In this document: positions 1-12,706 of the stretch, piece by piece | Layout of the letters: the number at the start of each line of letters is the position of its first letter | Numbering within the stretch: the stretch's first letter is position 1 | NCBI GenBank assembly: GCA_049724395.1 | Contig: JAUGWO010000115.1 | Span: 62,001-126,000, forward strand | Direction of reading: 5' to 3' | Length of the DNA stretch: 64,000 bases | From: Spongospora subterranea f. sp. subterranea | Lineage: Eukaryota | Made by a program: the position numbers and the translations under genes | The notes under the pieces: model-generated | Told to the model about the DNA's origin: nothing | Seen by the model: only the letters and a program-made list of their open reading frames with translations | The model's database searches: none

Positions 1-229
1 TAATCGCCACCACAAAAATGCATTGCTCATATACAGTTGTGGAGAATTCAGTTGGGGATTTCGGATCGGTATGCTTCATGGCTCACGAGTCCAATTGCAC
101 AATGGCGCCGGTCCCTTTTTATATCAATGGCAGTTTATCGCAGCCAATATTTGAATTCGTTGCATCATCGGTGCAGTCGTTGGCGGTCATCGTCGCGGCA
201 GGCGCCATGCCCGGAGACGGCTGAGCTCC

Positions 230-1450
230 TGGCATCTGGAGCGATACGAGACTTGAGCCCTCATTTTATCATGAACTTCCAGTTCATCATCACCGAGTGG
301 ATGCCACTCAGGAGGTATCAACATTCGTCCCTTCAAAGCTCCACATTTCGTTTACCAATCCAACAGATGCGCTCGCTGATCAACGCCATCGCTATCCTGA
401 ATCGTGCACACCTTGCCGGTATGGTTTGCGAGACAGCATCACTCATCATCATGCGACGATGTCTGGACGTACCGGTTACGTGTTTGACCCGAACCGCTTG
501 CCTCAAGAGGCGGACGGGGAGGGTCCTCGTCTCCAATTTCCTACGATTGAGACCCCAGAGATGGCTTTAATGTCAAATCAGATGAATTTCTTTCTTGGAT
601 CAATCACCCCTGTTTTCGAAGGAAACAGTCAAGCATAGTACTGGATTATGGGGACACCCAGCCCTCAAGCGCTCCCCAAATCGATCTCGTTATCGACACC
701 ACGTTTCGGCTGGTCTCCAAACCTTTCAACATCTGTTCATAATTATGGCGGATAAGGACCTGTATGTGCCCGTTTTTACATTCTTACGACGGGCAAAACA
801 AAGTTTTGATATTACAATCTTTGGGTCATATGAAACTGCGTTGTGGGAAAGGCAATATCTCCTGGGAGTGTCTGTTGTAATTATGAGGCTGCCTCGATTG
901 GGGCAGTTAAAGGTTCAAACAAGTCGAATGTTTCTTTATTTCTATAACAAAATTTGTTTTCAAACACATTCCTGGCATCGCCTTCAATTACAGGCTGTGG
1001 TTTCCACTGGAAGCAGGTGAACCGCCGCAAGCTTGTAGAACTCCGAATGCATATTTCTCTGATCAACGTGTTGATGATCTCGGGAAACCTGGACGTGGTA
1101 TCGCTAATTCCTCATTGTGAAATCATGGAGCAGGGGTTTGACTATATCTCCTCTCTCCACGAACCGATTCCTGCATTCACACATGGTTCTAGTGAAGGGA
1201 AGAATCCCAAGCGGTTCATTAGCTTTTTAAACGAATGTGGATTGAAACAATACACCCCAAAACTGGAACATCGGTCGGCAGATTGCGTCCAGAGAGTGTA
1301 TCACTAATAGGACAAATAACCCGATTAATGTGTACAAACAACCGTTGTGACAGTAGAATGTTCCCTTCGCCTCATCCCAGCCTGACAGTTTGAATTGACG
1401 TTTTTCGTGGAGACGATGAGTCGTTTGTTCGTTTGTTAGACGATATCGAT
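230..1450 (+). pseudogene. Degenerate Mutator/MULE-family DDE transposase relic
   Basis: MULE motifs appear in the expected order across frameshifts: WIMGHPAL..VIDTTFRLVSKPF/QHLFIIMADKDLYVPVF (~640-780), CCNYEAASIGAVK (~870-915), GCGFHWKQVNRRKL (~990-1035), RTNNPI (~1310), FPSPHPSL (~1360). Boundaries approximate. Confidence 0.7.
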
Positions 1451-3264
1451 CAGGGAATCAGTGTTGCACTGTCTCATGCGCCTTCTATTGTGCCAACACA
1501 GGCGTTTTTCTCCTGGCTATAATAAATTTAGCCACCGATTTGATTCAGAAAACACGACAATGGTGGAGAGGTTTGTGTTCTGATTTGTTTCAGATGCTAT
1601 CTCAAAATTCATGAATCACGTAGAAGCAACAATATTCGTGTCATGGGCTCATTGCGCTTTACATTCGTGAACGCAGAGTTGTCTACACCTGTTGTGGCAA
1701 CTGCTGTGTCACATCATGTTGACGATGTGTGATACCATCTCATCTCATTTGTCAGCTTGATGACGTGGCAGAATCAGATAATTGCAACACCTGTGATGCA
1801 TATTCTGTTCCCGATGCAGTATACTCGCATACAACGCAGACAATTTCAGGTATTGCAATGATAAAAAATGAGCAACTCGTTTCACCCTTCTATAAAACAG
1901 GCACAATCTTGCTATGATAGTGATCAGGAAATTGCTGCACGAGGGACATTCTGAATTCTCCAAGACAAGAGTCAGAAGTTGCAATAGAAGCGGAGGACGT
2001 TACATCAGAAACGCAGCTGATACCGATGCAAGCTACCGAAACAGTATGAGCACCATTGAATCCTGAATGTGTGAAACACTTTTCATTGTTATTGCCGCTT
2101 CTTTTCCTGAACTTCTTGCAGTAATCGCATTAAGGTTGGACCTTGGTCTAGGATACCCTGACAGGGTGTCAGGTCCTGGAAATGGTATTAATGTGACAAT
2201 TGTGACAGTAACGTCATGTAGTTCTGATCTCTCCTCATGGTAACATAATAGAAGGTGTTTTTCAAAGAGCGTTATCTGAAGACAGGAATACCTTTCGAAC
2301 TGGATTGCCTTCATAGAATATCTATGAATACCTGTGTGTGAACAAATACATTTTTCAATGTCCAAAGCTGATTACTTCCCCGGACACGAATTTTGTGCCC
2401 AGCGAAGGTTAGGATGACATCTACTGAACACTTCGATTATCAATCAGGTACAACTGAAGGAAGAACGATTGCTGACGAGTACAGCCTGCAAATGCAGAGG
2501 GAAATTGCTGAATTGATAGATTGCATCCAGGAGACACAAAGATTGCTTTCAAGAAATTCAAATACAAATTTACATGATTGGTTTTGATATCTGCAAAAAG
2601 CGAAAACGCGACGATACCATTGGATAAAAGGGGTGATTCTGGCTGCAGGCTCTTGATTCAGCAATTTCCATCTGCAATTTTTTTGTTAGCTCTGATACCC
2701 TGTTGTGTTCGTCCTTCATATGTACCTGGCTGATGATTCATACGTTCATTATCGGCGAGAAGCGCGAATAAAAACTTATACTAGACGTTAACAGATGTCC
2801 AACGTACATATTGAAAGAAAATTTAACAGACAAATTCTGCCTTCCCTGACCAACCGGAAGCGCAATATGTTCCAATATGGGGACACGATATGTCCTAGAC
2901 GAGGGCGTTGTGCTATGAAAGCACAGCCCAAACGCAAATCGATTCCTAGATCAAATTGGTCAAACGGGGACTTCTCACAACCAATTCCTATCTTGGAAAA
3001 CAAAACACTATACGGACTTTTGACAGCACAGTACCGATACATATAGACTTGAATGTACACTTACAAGTGACTGCGCACAGTGATGGATCAAAATATTGTG
3101 TCATTGGTCGAGTAGAGTGACAGATGGTCACTGTGGACAGTGTGATCCGGATATTCAGTAATATGCGGACTGCGTACGGACTTCGGGACCACAACAGGAA
3201 CGTCATTTGATTGGTTTTGTAAGATTTCGACATTGCTCAAAAGTGTGTGGGAAGCGATACATCA

Positions 3265-5789
3265 ATGCAGATCTCTAAAATGATATGTGTTTTGGTTTTG
3301 GCGGCGTTTATAAATCTCGTCTCAGAGGCTGTTGTGTCACATTCCCAGACCAATCCCCATAATTTGCACCCTGAAAACGCTTTCATAGCCACAGATGATC
3401 TCGGGTTGGATTCAGGATCAACGTCTGTTGACCAGGAAGAGAACGATGACAAACTCATTGATCACGTTGGTTCTCATGAACTGGCCCTGGAATCATACGA
3501 TCTGGTCAAATGGATTGTCGATACAACAGTCAGCGGTTCGAAAGAAGAGCAGCCCTGGCTCTACAACCGTGTCGTGATAGAAAAATACGATTTCTTGAGG
3601 ATTATCGTCATTACCAACGTACTACTTCTGCAGCACTATTTGGAAGAAGTCAACGACGATGGCAATTTAATTATCGCAAATGATCCTAAGCAGGTATCGA
3701 AAGCTTTTGATGTCGCTCAGGGTCTTCTTTCGCTATTTCCAGTACGCTTTTGGGATTTTCAACCAATAGCTGGTCCTCATGTTGATGATGAAGTTGTTAC
3801 AACATGCCATGTCCACAATCCAAAGATTCATTAAAAAATACATCAATCCGTTGAACGAGCAGGAATACATTAATTTCCAACAAGATTTTGCCAGACTATA
3901 TTCGTATCCCGATAACTGGCCAGAGACCAAGGACACAACTGCTATCGATGCTGCTCTGAACTATAAATCATATTTGTATAGTATCTGTCCGGCATCACTA
4001 CATGATCAAATTGATGACAATACCGAGAAGGTGTTAAGCTGGGCCTATGCACCTTCCAACCGATGGACATACCGATTTTTAGACAGTGCCAACAATGTTG
4101 ATTCGGAACTGGCCCTCGTCTCATACAATCACGTTATGGAATTGATTGCCGATACAGAAACGAGATATTTGGATGAGAAGGAGCGTTGGCACAACGTACA
4201 TGAGAAGATAAAGGAATACGATGGCACACACATTGTCGTCCTTACCAAATCGCTAATTCTGCAGTTCCTCATGGAAAAATGCAATTTGTTAGTGAAATTC
4301 GAGGGAAATTCGCAGATTGATTTTCATGCTTTTTGGCTCGCTCGAAGTATACTTTCTCTACTTCCAGTACGCTTTTGGGATTTTCAACCAGTTGCTGGTC
4401 CTCATGTTGATGATGAAGTTATTAAACATGCGATGTCGACAATCCAAAGATTCATTAAGGAATACATCAATCCGTTGAACGAGCAGCAATACATCAATTT
4501 CAAACAAGATTTTGCCAGACTATATTCGTATCCCGATAACTGGCCAGAGACCAAGGACACAACTGCTATCGATGCTGCTCTGAATTACAAATCATATTTG
4601 TATAGTGTCTGTCCGGCATCACTACATGATCAAATTGATGACAATACCGAGAAGGTGTTGAGCTGGGCCTATGCACCTTCCAACCGATGGACATACCGAT
4701 TTCTAGACAGTGCCAACAATGTTGATTCGGAACTGGCCCTCGTCTCATACAATCACGTTATGGAATTGATTGCCGATACAGAATCAGGCCATTCGCATGA
4801 GAAGGAGCGCTGGCGCAACGTACATGAGAAGATAAAGGAATACGATGGCACACACATTGTCGTGTTTACCAAATCACTAATTCTGCAGTTCCTCATAGAG
4901 GAATGCAATTTGTTAGTGAAATTCGAGGGAAATTCGCAGATTGATTTTCATGCTTTTTGGCTCGCTCGAAGTATACTTTCGCTACTTCCGGTACGCTTTT
5001 GGGATGTTCATCCAATAGCTGGTCCTCATGTTGATGATGAAGTTGTTAAACATGCGATGCGAACAATCCAAAGATTCATTAAGGAATACATCGATCCGTT
5101 GAAAGAGCAGCAATACATCAATTTCCAACAAGATTTTGCCAGACTGTATTCGTATCCCGATAACTGGCCAGAGACCAAGGACACAACTGCTATCAATGCT
5201 GTTCTGAACTACAAATCATATTTGTATAGTGTCTGTCCGGCAACACTACATCATCAAATTGATGACAATACCGAGAAGGTGTTGAGCTGGGTCTATGCAC
5301 CTTCCGACCGATTGGCAAAAAACTTTCGCAACAGCGCCTACTGCGTTAGTTCGGAATGGAACTGGGAATCAGCTAGTGATTCTGAATTTAAACTCACTGT
5401 GAATTCGATGCTCGATAACTTGGTTAAAATGCGGGGTCTCGACCCTTTTGTCAAAGAAAGCCGAAAACGATTTGTATGAAGGATATTGCTTTGTAGAACA
5501 GCGCTGTTCCTCTATTTCGTATTTGCTCAAAACAGTTCTCAAATCTAATGGTGCAGCTGAAGACCGTAGACAAGTTATCAAGGAGCTTAAAAACAGACGA
5601 CCCAAATATTGTCAACCCAAAGCTGAACAAACGAGCGGTTGCTTCTGTTTCCTCTCACGAAAGACACAAGATACTGTCGCGACCGCTTCTGCTGTAAAAG
5701 ATGATGGCCACGAGGCTGGCACAAGCGGTTCTAAAGAGCAAGACGACATTTTTGGGCAATCTTCAACTGTAAATGGCGATGACTGGTGA
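3265..5789 (+). CDS. Secreted tandem-module protein, copy 1 (signal peptide + 3 x ~208-aa modules + C-terminal domain), interrupted by two +1 frameshifts
   Basis: ATG 3265 MQISKMICVLVLAAFINLVSEA is a hydrophobic signal peptide. Module boundaries 'gaactggccct' fall at 3478, 4106 and 4730 (624-bp period between the last two). ORFs 3247-3834, 3779-5479 and 5448-5789 join into a full homologue of 41890-44433 if one base is removed near 3800 and one near 5445. No introns seen. Confidence 0.85.
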
Positions 5790-6479
5790 CGACCGAAGTC
5801 AGACTATGGTTTTCATTCTATGTTTCTTTCTAATTTCATAAAATCCCATCGATCGCGTCCAAATCCTTGTTTTAAAATCATATTCAGTTTACGATCACAG
5901 TTATATTCCCTAATTGATGAACATAACAACGTACTTAAAGTCTCTGAGAGTGTCTTGGTCTTTTCGGTAAACCCACACACAATGTGCAGGTCAAGGAAAT
6001 GATCACGATCTTGTTCGCTTTAGTCATCATTTCGACTTCACGATTAACTAGAACGGGTATTATCATGTGATTTTACAGTTCCGAAAACGGAATACAGTAA
6101 TATCGCCGTGAACAATTTGGGATAGAAATGAAAGAACGATTATTATCGACGATTAGAAGTGTGTCCTTCTTCATTTTATGAAGAAAAGAACTGTGATTGA
6201 AAGGGTGAACTATATGGGCTCAGGAGGGCGAACAGCAGATCATCTTCGCGAGATTGCTCTCTCACGTCACCAAACAGTTCTGTTCGAGGACGAATTTCAG
6301 CTTGTGAACGTCCGAGTTTAGCAAATACTTTAAAAGTTCAGGTTATCGCTCTGTTTTTCCAAATGTGCCTTAATCTGGAATAGGGTCAGTAATGATCAAT
6401 CTGAGAATTGGGCAGAACTTCACCTGTTCCCCGATTATTATATCATTCGACGAGGTCGTGTCCAATCTCGCTATGAATG

Positions 6480-7848
6480 AGACTTGGTTTTCCCTTTTTT
6501 CACATCTTCATAGTGTTCAAAAGCAACTGCAAATAACATCGATTGAACCGGTGGATATTATGAAGCTGTTTGCCGATTGTGAAGTTTCGCCGACTCCCAG
6601 TTACGACGTTGGCGACAAAAGCGCGGCTGATTCGCGACACAATTCCAACTATAAGACCAAGTGATAAATTAGCAATTAAACGGTTAAACCCTTTTACAAT
6701 TGTTGGTCAAACTAAATGATCCTCTCCCTTTGTCTACAGGGTCTAACAAGGCCTTCGCCTTTTTCGCCAACGTTGTAGCTGGGAGTCGGGCGAGGTTTCC
6801 GATCGGCAATAGTTAAATAAATGAAGTCCAATAATATAATTGTGTGTCATTGGTTCAGGACCAACTGCAGTAGGTTGTGGATTGAAAAGGATACAATGTG
6901 TCCGACCGAATCTGGGACCCTTCATCATCGCTATTCTCATCCGGTGTTGAATTCCATTTCACACAGTCTTAAGACACCACATCTAATACAGTCGATATCA
7001 TGGCGTTTGACATTGACAACAATATGTCAATATTTATAACAATCCATAACGATATTTACTTAGGATTGATTGACGCCGACGACGGTAGTCACAACAAAAG
7101 TGTGTATTGGGTGGTGGACCGGCAATAAAACCCAGTTTGGGTCCCGTTGTGGTCGTTTCCAGCCGTGACCCCATTCCCGAACACGACTCGCTGATTGTGT
7201 TATCGCTGGTGTGACACAGTCTTTCATGGCACAGTTCTGCCGAGACCATCGCCTGATAACATCACGTGATAAGTGTGTCAAGTCGGTTTGTGTCGAGCTC
7301 CTGTGGCGATCAACTCAACCGCCCTTCATTATCCGACCCGCATTCTCCATGAATACGACTTCATTAACGGAACTGTCAACGCAGAGCGCTCCGATGGACT
7401 GTAAATTGGCATTTAAACTGGGGACCACGACAACTGCCTTAGGGTTCAGGAGCTGCCGATCCTCTTTGTGTTGACCATTTACCATATGACTCGACGACAT
7501 CGCCAATTCCCGATGATGATTTCGCTTCGGTCGTCGCGGTCGAAGGTTATCGATGGCAACATTGAACTGGTGACCGCTGAGTCGACGATCCACGAGTCTC
7601 TTACGCTGATGATCGTGGAAATCGTGCAGAGCTCGTGACGTTTTTGGGGCCAAAACCGTCAGACTTTTGTCTGTCTCTCCCGAGTTTTCTTGGCCTATTG
7701 CCCTGGCGATTACTTCGCCAGTGGTCCTTTTCTACAAAGTCGAAACATTCACTGTTGCTTTTGCCGAGACGCCTTTTTCTTCCTTTCTCCATCCTCGAGT
7801 AAACCGCCATTTCAGGGATCAGTGTTGCAATACCAATCGTGTCATATC
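6480..7848 (-). mobile_element. Old Copia retrotransposon relic (duplicate of ~35929-37300)
   Basis: Degenerate zinc knuckle CFDFVEKDHW, protease SWIVDSAVTSSM, VVVPSLNANL and pre-integrase CHERLCH; mirror of the right arm. Confidence 0.6.
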
Positions 7849-9274
7849 TCTAAAATATGGAGAGGAGAAGGAGTGATGTAGTTTAGTGTAAATATATTAA
7901 ATATTCCCTAGTTAATCGGTCATTACAGGAACATGAGAGAACAGTAGAAAACATCTGCTAGGACGTGAAGAGACGTTGAATCAGGTCGACTTAACACTCC
8001 CCCTCGAGATGATACCGGGATGTGAACTGAACCACAGAGATTTAGGAGTCGAGAGCGGTTTCGTGAGAATATCGACAACCAATGTCTCGATAGGACAATA
8101 TTCCAAGGAAATAGGACCGTCGTCGACCCTGTCTCTGATGGTTTGGAAGATGACGTCGATATGTTTGTTCTGATGTCTGTCGTGTTATTGTGTAGTCACT
8201 CTGAGAGATCCTTTATTGTGGTCTATAATGAGGAATCACTATTGTTCAGGACCTGCAACTCGATGAGGAATAGCTTGACCCATTTCATCTCTCGGGATGC
8301 CACATGTATCGCCATGTATTCTAGTTCCAGCGACAATTCTGCAGTGGTCTTCTGGCGATAACTTCTCCAAATGACTAGAGCGCCACTGATAACGCAGATA
8401 AACCCTGAGGTAAAACAGATCTGGATCACCAGCGATATTATACTTGAACTTTGAGTATAAACCAATCATCGGAAATGGGCCGCAGACGTCAGAATATACT
8501 CTTTACAGCACTTTAGTGGCCAAACACTTTTGATTTCGCTTTGGGAATCGCCCTCGGGTCACCTTTCCCAATTCGCATCCGTTAGAGACCCCTTCAGTGA
8601 TGTTCGTATTGGTGATATTAATCATTCCTTTCTTTATAAGGCCTTTCAAGACTTCATAATTCCTGTGCTTGAGCCGTAAACGCCATCTAACAATGTCAAT
8701 CTTCGGCTGAGACGAGGCAAAACGCGCCTTAATATTAACGTCCTGGAGTTGATAAAGGTTGTTCGATTTTTGTCTAGAGCATAACGACTTGCCCTTAGGT
8801 CCATCTTCCACCGAGGAAAATACTGAAAATACAATGACACTTGTCACCATTTAGGTCCTCTCTCTTATTGTTCATGATTGGTTCTATAAGGGTGTCATTT
8901 GGTTGACCATTTACACCCGCGAGTTTGACATGATTGGTTCCGATTGACGATCCATTAACAAAATGATAATCAGCTAATTGAATACATAGGAAGTATCACG
9001 TCGTAATCCCATCATCATGCCTTCATGACGACAAATATGGCGGTTGGAACCTGAGTCGATCAGCCATGTTCTACTCTGGTTTTCAAAATAGGAAGATTGT
9101 AAAGCAGAATAAGCAGAAACCTGATTATATTTATGTTTATCATGAGATTATCTCAATTTCGGTAATATGTTAAAACATGTCCTCTTCCAGCACTTGCTCA
9201 TTGGGGTATTGCAGGAATTACAGACCCCTTGTTGGATGATCGCGGCGGTCCCGACAACTACCGACTGTCCTCCT
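7849..9274 (-). mobile_element. 5'-truncated copy of the internally deleted Copia element (3' LTR 7849-7996)
   Basis: Near-identical reverse complement of 34498-35923. The polypurine tract gagggggag precedes the LTR start TGTTAAGTCGACC. RNase H, integrase-start and protease remnants are present. Confidence 0.85.
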
Positions 9275-9946
9275 GCTGTTCCTGGCAAACGTAGCCTTTC
9301 TGGTGATGTTATTAAAGATGGACTATCAGCTGGCTTTAAAAAGTTGCAATATTCTGTGTAAAACAAAGTGACATCACCGTACACGCGTCATGAAGTCGCA
9401 AAATTCGAAAAACTACTCCTGGAATTTCAGACAGACAATCAGCTTGAGGATCCGTTTGTTGGCAATCAACTCGGAGATTTTGATCAAAAAACCTTTCCAT
9501 AAGACTGGAACGTCAATGGTACTGTAGATTCATGGAAAATTATTGGGAATCCACTGAAGGTCCAGGTCGCTCTGAACAGACCCTTGCCACGATGTGATGG
9601 ATAGGAAACAGATTCTGATACGAAAGTTATCCCATCGAGACTTGATCAAAGCAGCTCAGTAAGACAACAAGCTCATACCCTTGATCGCTTCTGCGTCAGT
9701 TTGTGCCGCTTTCGGTAGCCAATGCAACCGAATACGATCAGTCCATACACGTGTTCCATCCCTATACCCGTTGTTGACATAGACAGCCAGAGCTACATGC
9801 CCAGCCCATCTCTGATTCGGTCTGCATTTCTTTGCCCTTTTGTTGTATCACTGATCGCAATCGTCAAGGGAGTGCGATATACCACAGCTGTACCAGACGA
9901 TCAAATTGCACTTGCTAGGCGGTGGATTCCTTCGATTTAGAAGTGC

Positions 9947-12567
9947 ATGGGATTGATGGCGGAACCAATGAACAAGGCCCCAGTATCGGGTCAATCATCA
10001 GCGACTGAATCACGAGCAGATCTCGATCTTTATCGTGATCAGGCTATAGTCTTCTTGAAAAAGTTTGTGCATTACCATGTTGGCTGTGAAAGGACTCCTT
10101 ACTGGATTATGATATATTTTTCTTTCTTCAAGTTTTAGGAGATGTTCGGCTGTTGTTGCTTTTGATGAATTTTACGTTTTTCTCTTTGTTTTAGCCCTAA
10201 ATTTGCGAGGTTGAGAATTGGTTTCGATATGGGGCTGCTTTTAGATTAACAAAATTCCTGTGCTGCACTTTGAACCTCTGATTTCATCTTCAGATCTTTG
10301 GAAGAACAAAGGCGGTTGGCCCAAGTCCATGCGAAAGAGGTTGAGATGCTCAGGGAGGAGGCAAAGTATCGGGAATCTGGTATGGCCGATATGGTCGCGT
10401 TCTTGCAAAAGCGGATGAAGGTTCTGTCAATACACTCTTTTCACGTCAATCCCTTCACTTTACCTCTCCAGAACTGGTTTTTTCCGCGTCATTGAATCCC
10501 GTTTTGTATATTTTCCAAGAGGTTCCTCATTGAATGAAAAGAAATCTGTGGAAATGATTCTTAAGTTGGATGTGCTTGTAGAGCACCGAGAGCGAGAATC
10601 GGGAGATCTCAGCGAAACTTCACAGTTTCCTTGACAGTGAGGCGTCCCATATCGCCGCCGTCGAAGCCGATTGTGCCGGCAAGATCGCCGCTGCTAATCA
10701 CGAGGCGAACTCGCGTATGGCCGACCTGCTAGCCCAACTTCACCTAGCAGAGGTAATCCTCAGGATCACCAATTTGTCCTGTTGATTGGCCTTGGTTCAT
10801 TTGATCCACACCATTGCGAAACGGGCTCTTGTGTTCTGAATACCAATTTTGGTCGTAGAAACAACTGCAAACACTGAGGACATTCCGCGACGAGAAAGAG
10901 CTTATCGAAACGGAGCTGCAGAAAGTTAAGACGGCAGCGGCAACGCGAGAAGCTGACCTTATGCGCCAGGCCGATATTGTTGACCGCCAACACCGCGCCG
11001 ATCTCGTCAAAGTCTGCAATCACAGTTATCGCCAAAACAACACTTGTTCGATTTCGGGTTTTCTCTTTCTCAGTCTGCTGTCGTCATCAACACCATCATC
11101 TCATAAATGTTAATGTTAATGGCCAGATTAGCGTTGATCGGAACTTGAACAATCTGGTCTGATTGTGAGAGCGGCGCTGATATAGGTCAGGCAATCATGC
11201 ATGTCAGAGATCGCTGTTGTGCATGAACAATCGAGGAAGGTTGCCGAGAACGATCTCAGTCTCGAGTCCAAGCGCTTGCGCATCGACAACGTTAAGCTGA
11301 ACGAGGAGCTGCGTTTTCACGAGGAACAGACACAGCGGCTTCTACAAGAGAATGAAACCCTTCGAAGCCGAATTAAAGTAAACCCAACGGAAACTACAAC
11401 CGCCTCATTTTTGTATCAGATTTCGCCATCTTCTGTGAATTTCATAATCTTCCAATTCACTGTCGGGATCATTTGCCAGGAATCTGTTCGTTTTTGGTCA
11501 CTTGATGTCATCGTGATTTGATTGTTTCAACCTGGATGCTGTGCTAATGAAGGAAGTTTTCCATTGTAGATGGTGAAGCGACAACTAGAGCTAAGCCAGG
11601 ATCAGGATCAGTTAGGGGCTGAACGCGGCGCCCAACAACAGCGAAAGATACGCGAGCTGTCCCGCAAACTGCAATCCGCTGAGAAAGAATCCATCAGGCT
11701 CAGCGTTCTTAAACAGAATGAAATCGATAAGGTCCTAAATGATTTCGCCGATAATCATCAGTTTTACTCCATATTCACTTCCAATCACCTTCGATTTATT
11801 GGAACAGGGTGTCGGCAGATTCTGTTCATTGGACAAATTGGTTTATTCGACAAATTTTTTCCAGGAAGTACAATGAGATTTGATACATAAATACGTGTTC
11901 AGGTTGAGAAGGCGATGGCAGAGGAGATGGCTGCTTGTCGGGCAGCAGCTAGCGAATCGAAAGCGAACTCAGCATTGAAAGACCAGGAGGTCCGTCATAT
12001 CCGCCGTCTTGCAGCTGTAATGATTGATCATCGTCACCGATTTGATCCTGTCATAACAATGAGGTCGTCCATATTTCCATACAGGTCATACTATCGCAAC
12101 GAACGGAAATCGAACGTTTCTTCCATCAGGCGTTAGAACAAGTACGAGCTGAGAAGACAACAAAGGTACCACCCGATGGTTCAAGACAGCAGAAAACGGG
12201 TATGGACAACGACAAACCCGTCATCATTCACATATTCCCATCAAATATGAAAGTTGAAAACCTAAATTCCGACTGTTGTTCCATCGGGGTTCTATATTTT
12301 GCCTGAATGTGCTCTACGATCATGGTCGTTTTCCCGTTTTTCGTTGACTGATTTGAATATCCATATGCATCAGGTGATCATGTCTCTGATTTGTCGCCAG
12401 CCGAAAGAGAGCAGATCCTCCAGATGCTGTTCAGAAAGATCGCTGGTCGATCACAGCCATTAGGCGTTCCGCCTGCCCATTTGTTCCCGGCGCGGTCTGA
12501 GATTAAAGGCCCGCCCCCATATACCGATCCCGCGTTTGAGTTTATCACTGAAAAGGATCACGATTGA
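9947..12567 (+). CDS. BBOF1: Coiled-coil basal body orientation factor 1 (CCDC176/BBOF1)-like protein, multi-exon
   Basis: Spliced coiled-coil exons include DNVKLNEELRFHEEQ, LKDQEVRHIRRLAA..ILSQRTEIERFFHQALEQVR and VSDLSPAEREQILQMLFRKI, matching BBOF1 C-terminal signatures. Stop TGA at 12565-12567; start uncertain. Confidence 0.7.
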
Positions 12568-12706
12568 TCCCGATAAAGGTTAACTGTTCTCCTGTTTTAG
12601 CCTTTAAAATATGAGGAACATGGCTGACTATGATATAATATACTATCAACTATATTTAATGTGATTTAGCCAATTGGGAAGGGCAGATGGGACAGTAGCG
12701 CTTGTT

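Larger units (their letters stand above)
1397..9274. repeat. Left arm of large inverted segmental duplication (partner 34498-47728)
   Basis: Reverse-complement matches read directly: 1400-3119 vs 46091-47725; 3111-5798 vs 41881-44595; 5794-9274 vs 34498-37943. The ORF track also shows mirrored ORF pairs (8503-8850/34922-35269, 2033-2365/46704-47087). Confidence 0.95.

Noticed and set aside
2033..2365. 110-aa ORF conserved at 46704-47087 as a real gene
   Set aside because: Conservation is explained by the duplication; no recognisable domain and the starts differ.
3478..5300. TALE, ankyrin, TPR or RxLR-WY identity for the repeat proteins
   Set aside because: The module length (~208 aa) and sequence match none of these consensus patterns; no RxLR-dEER follows the signal peptide.
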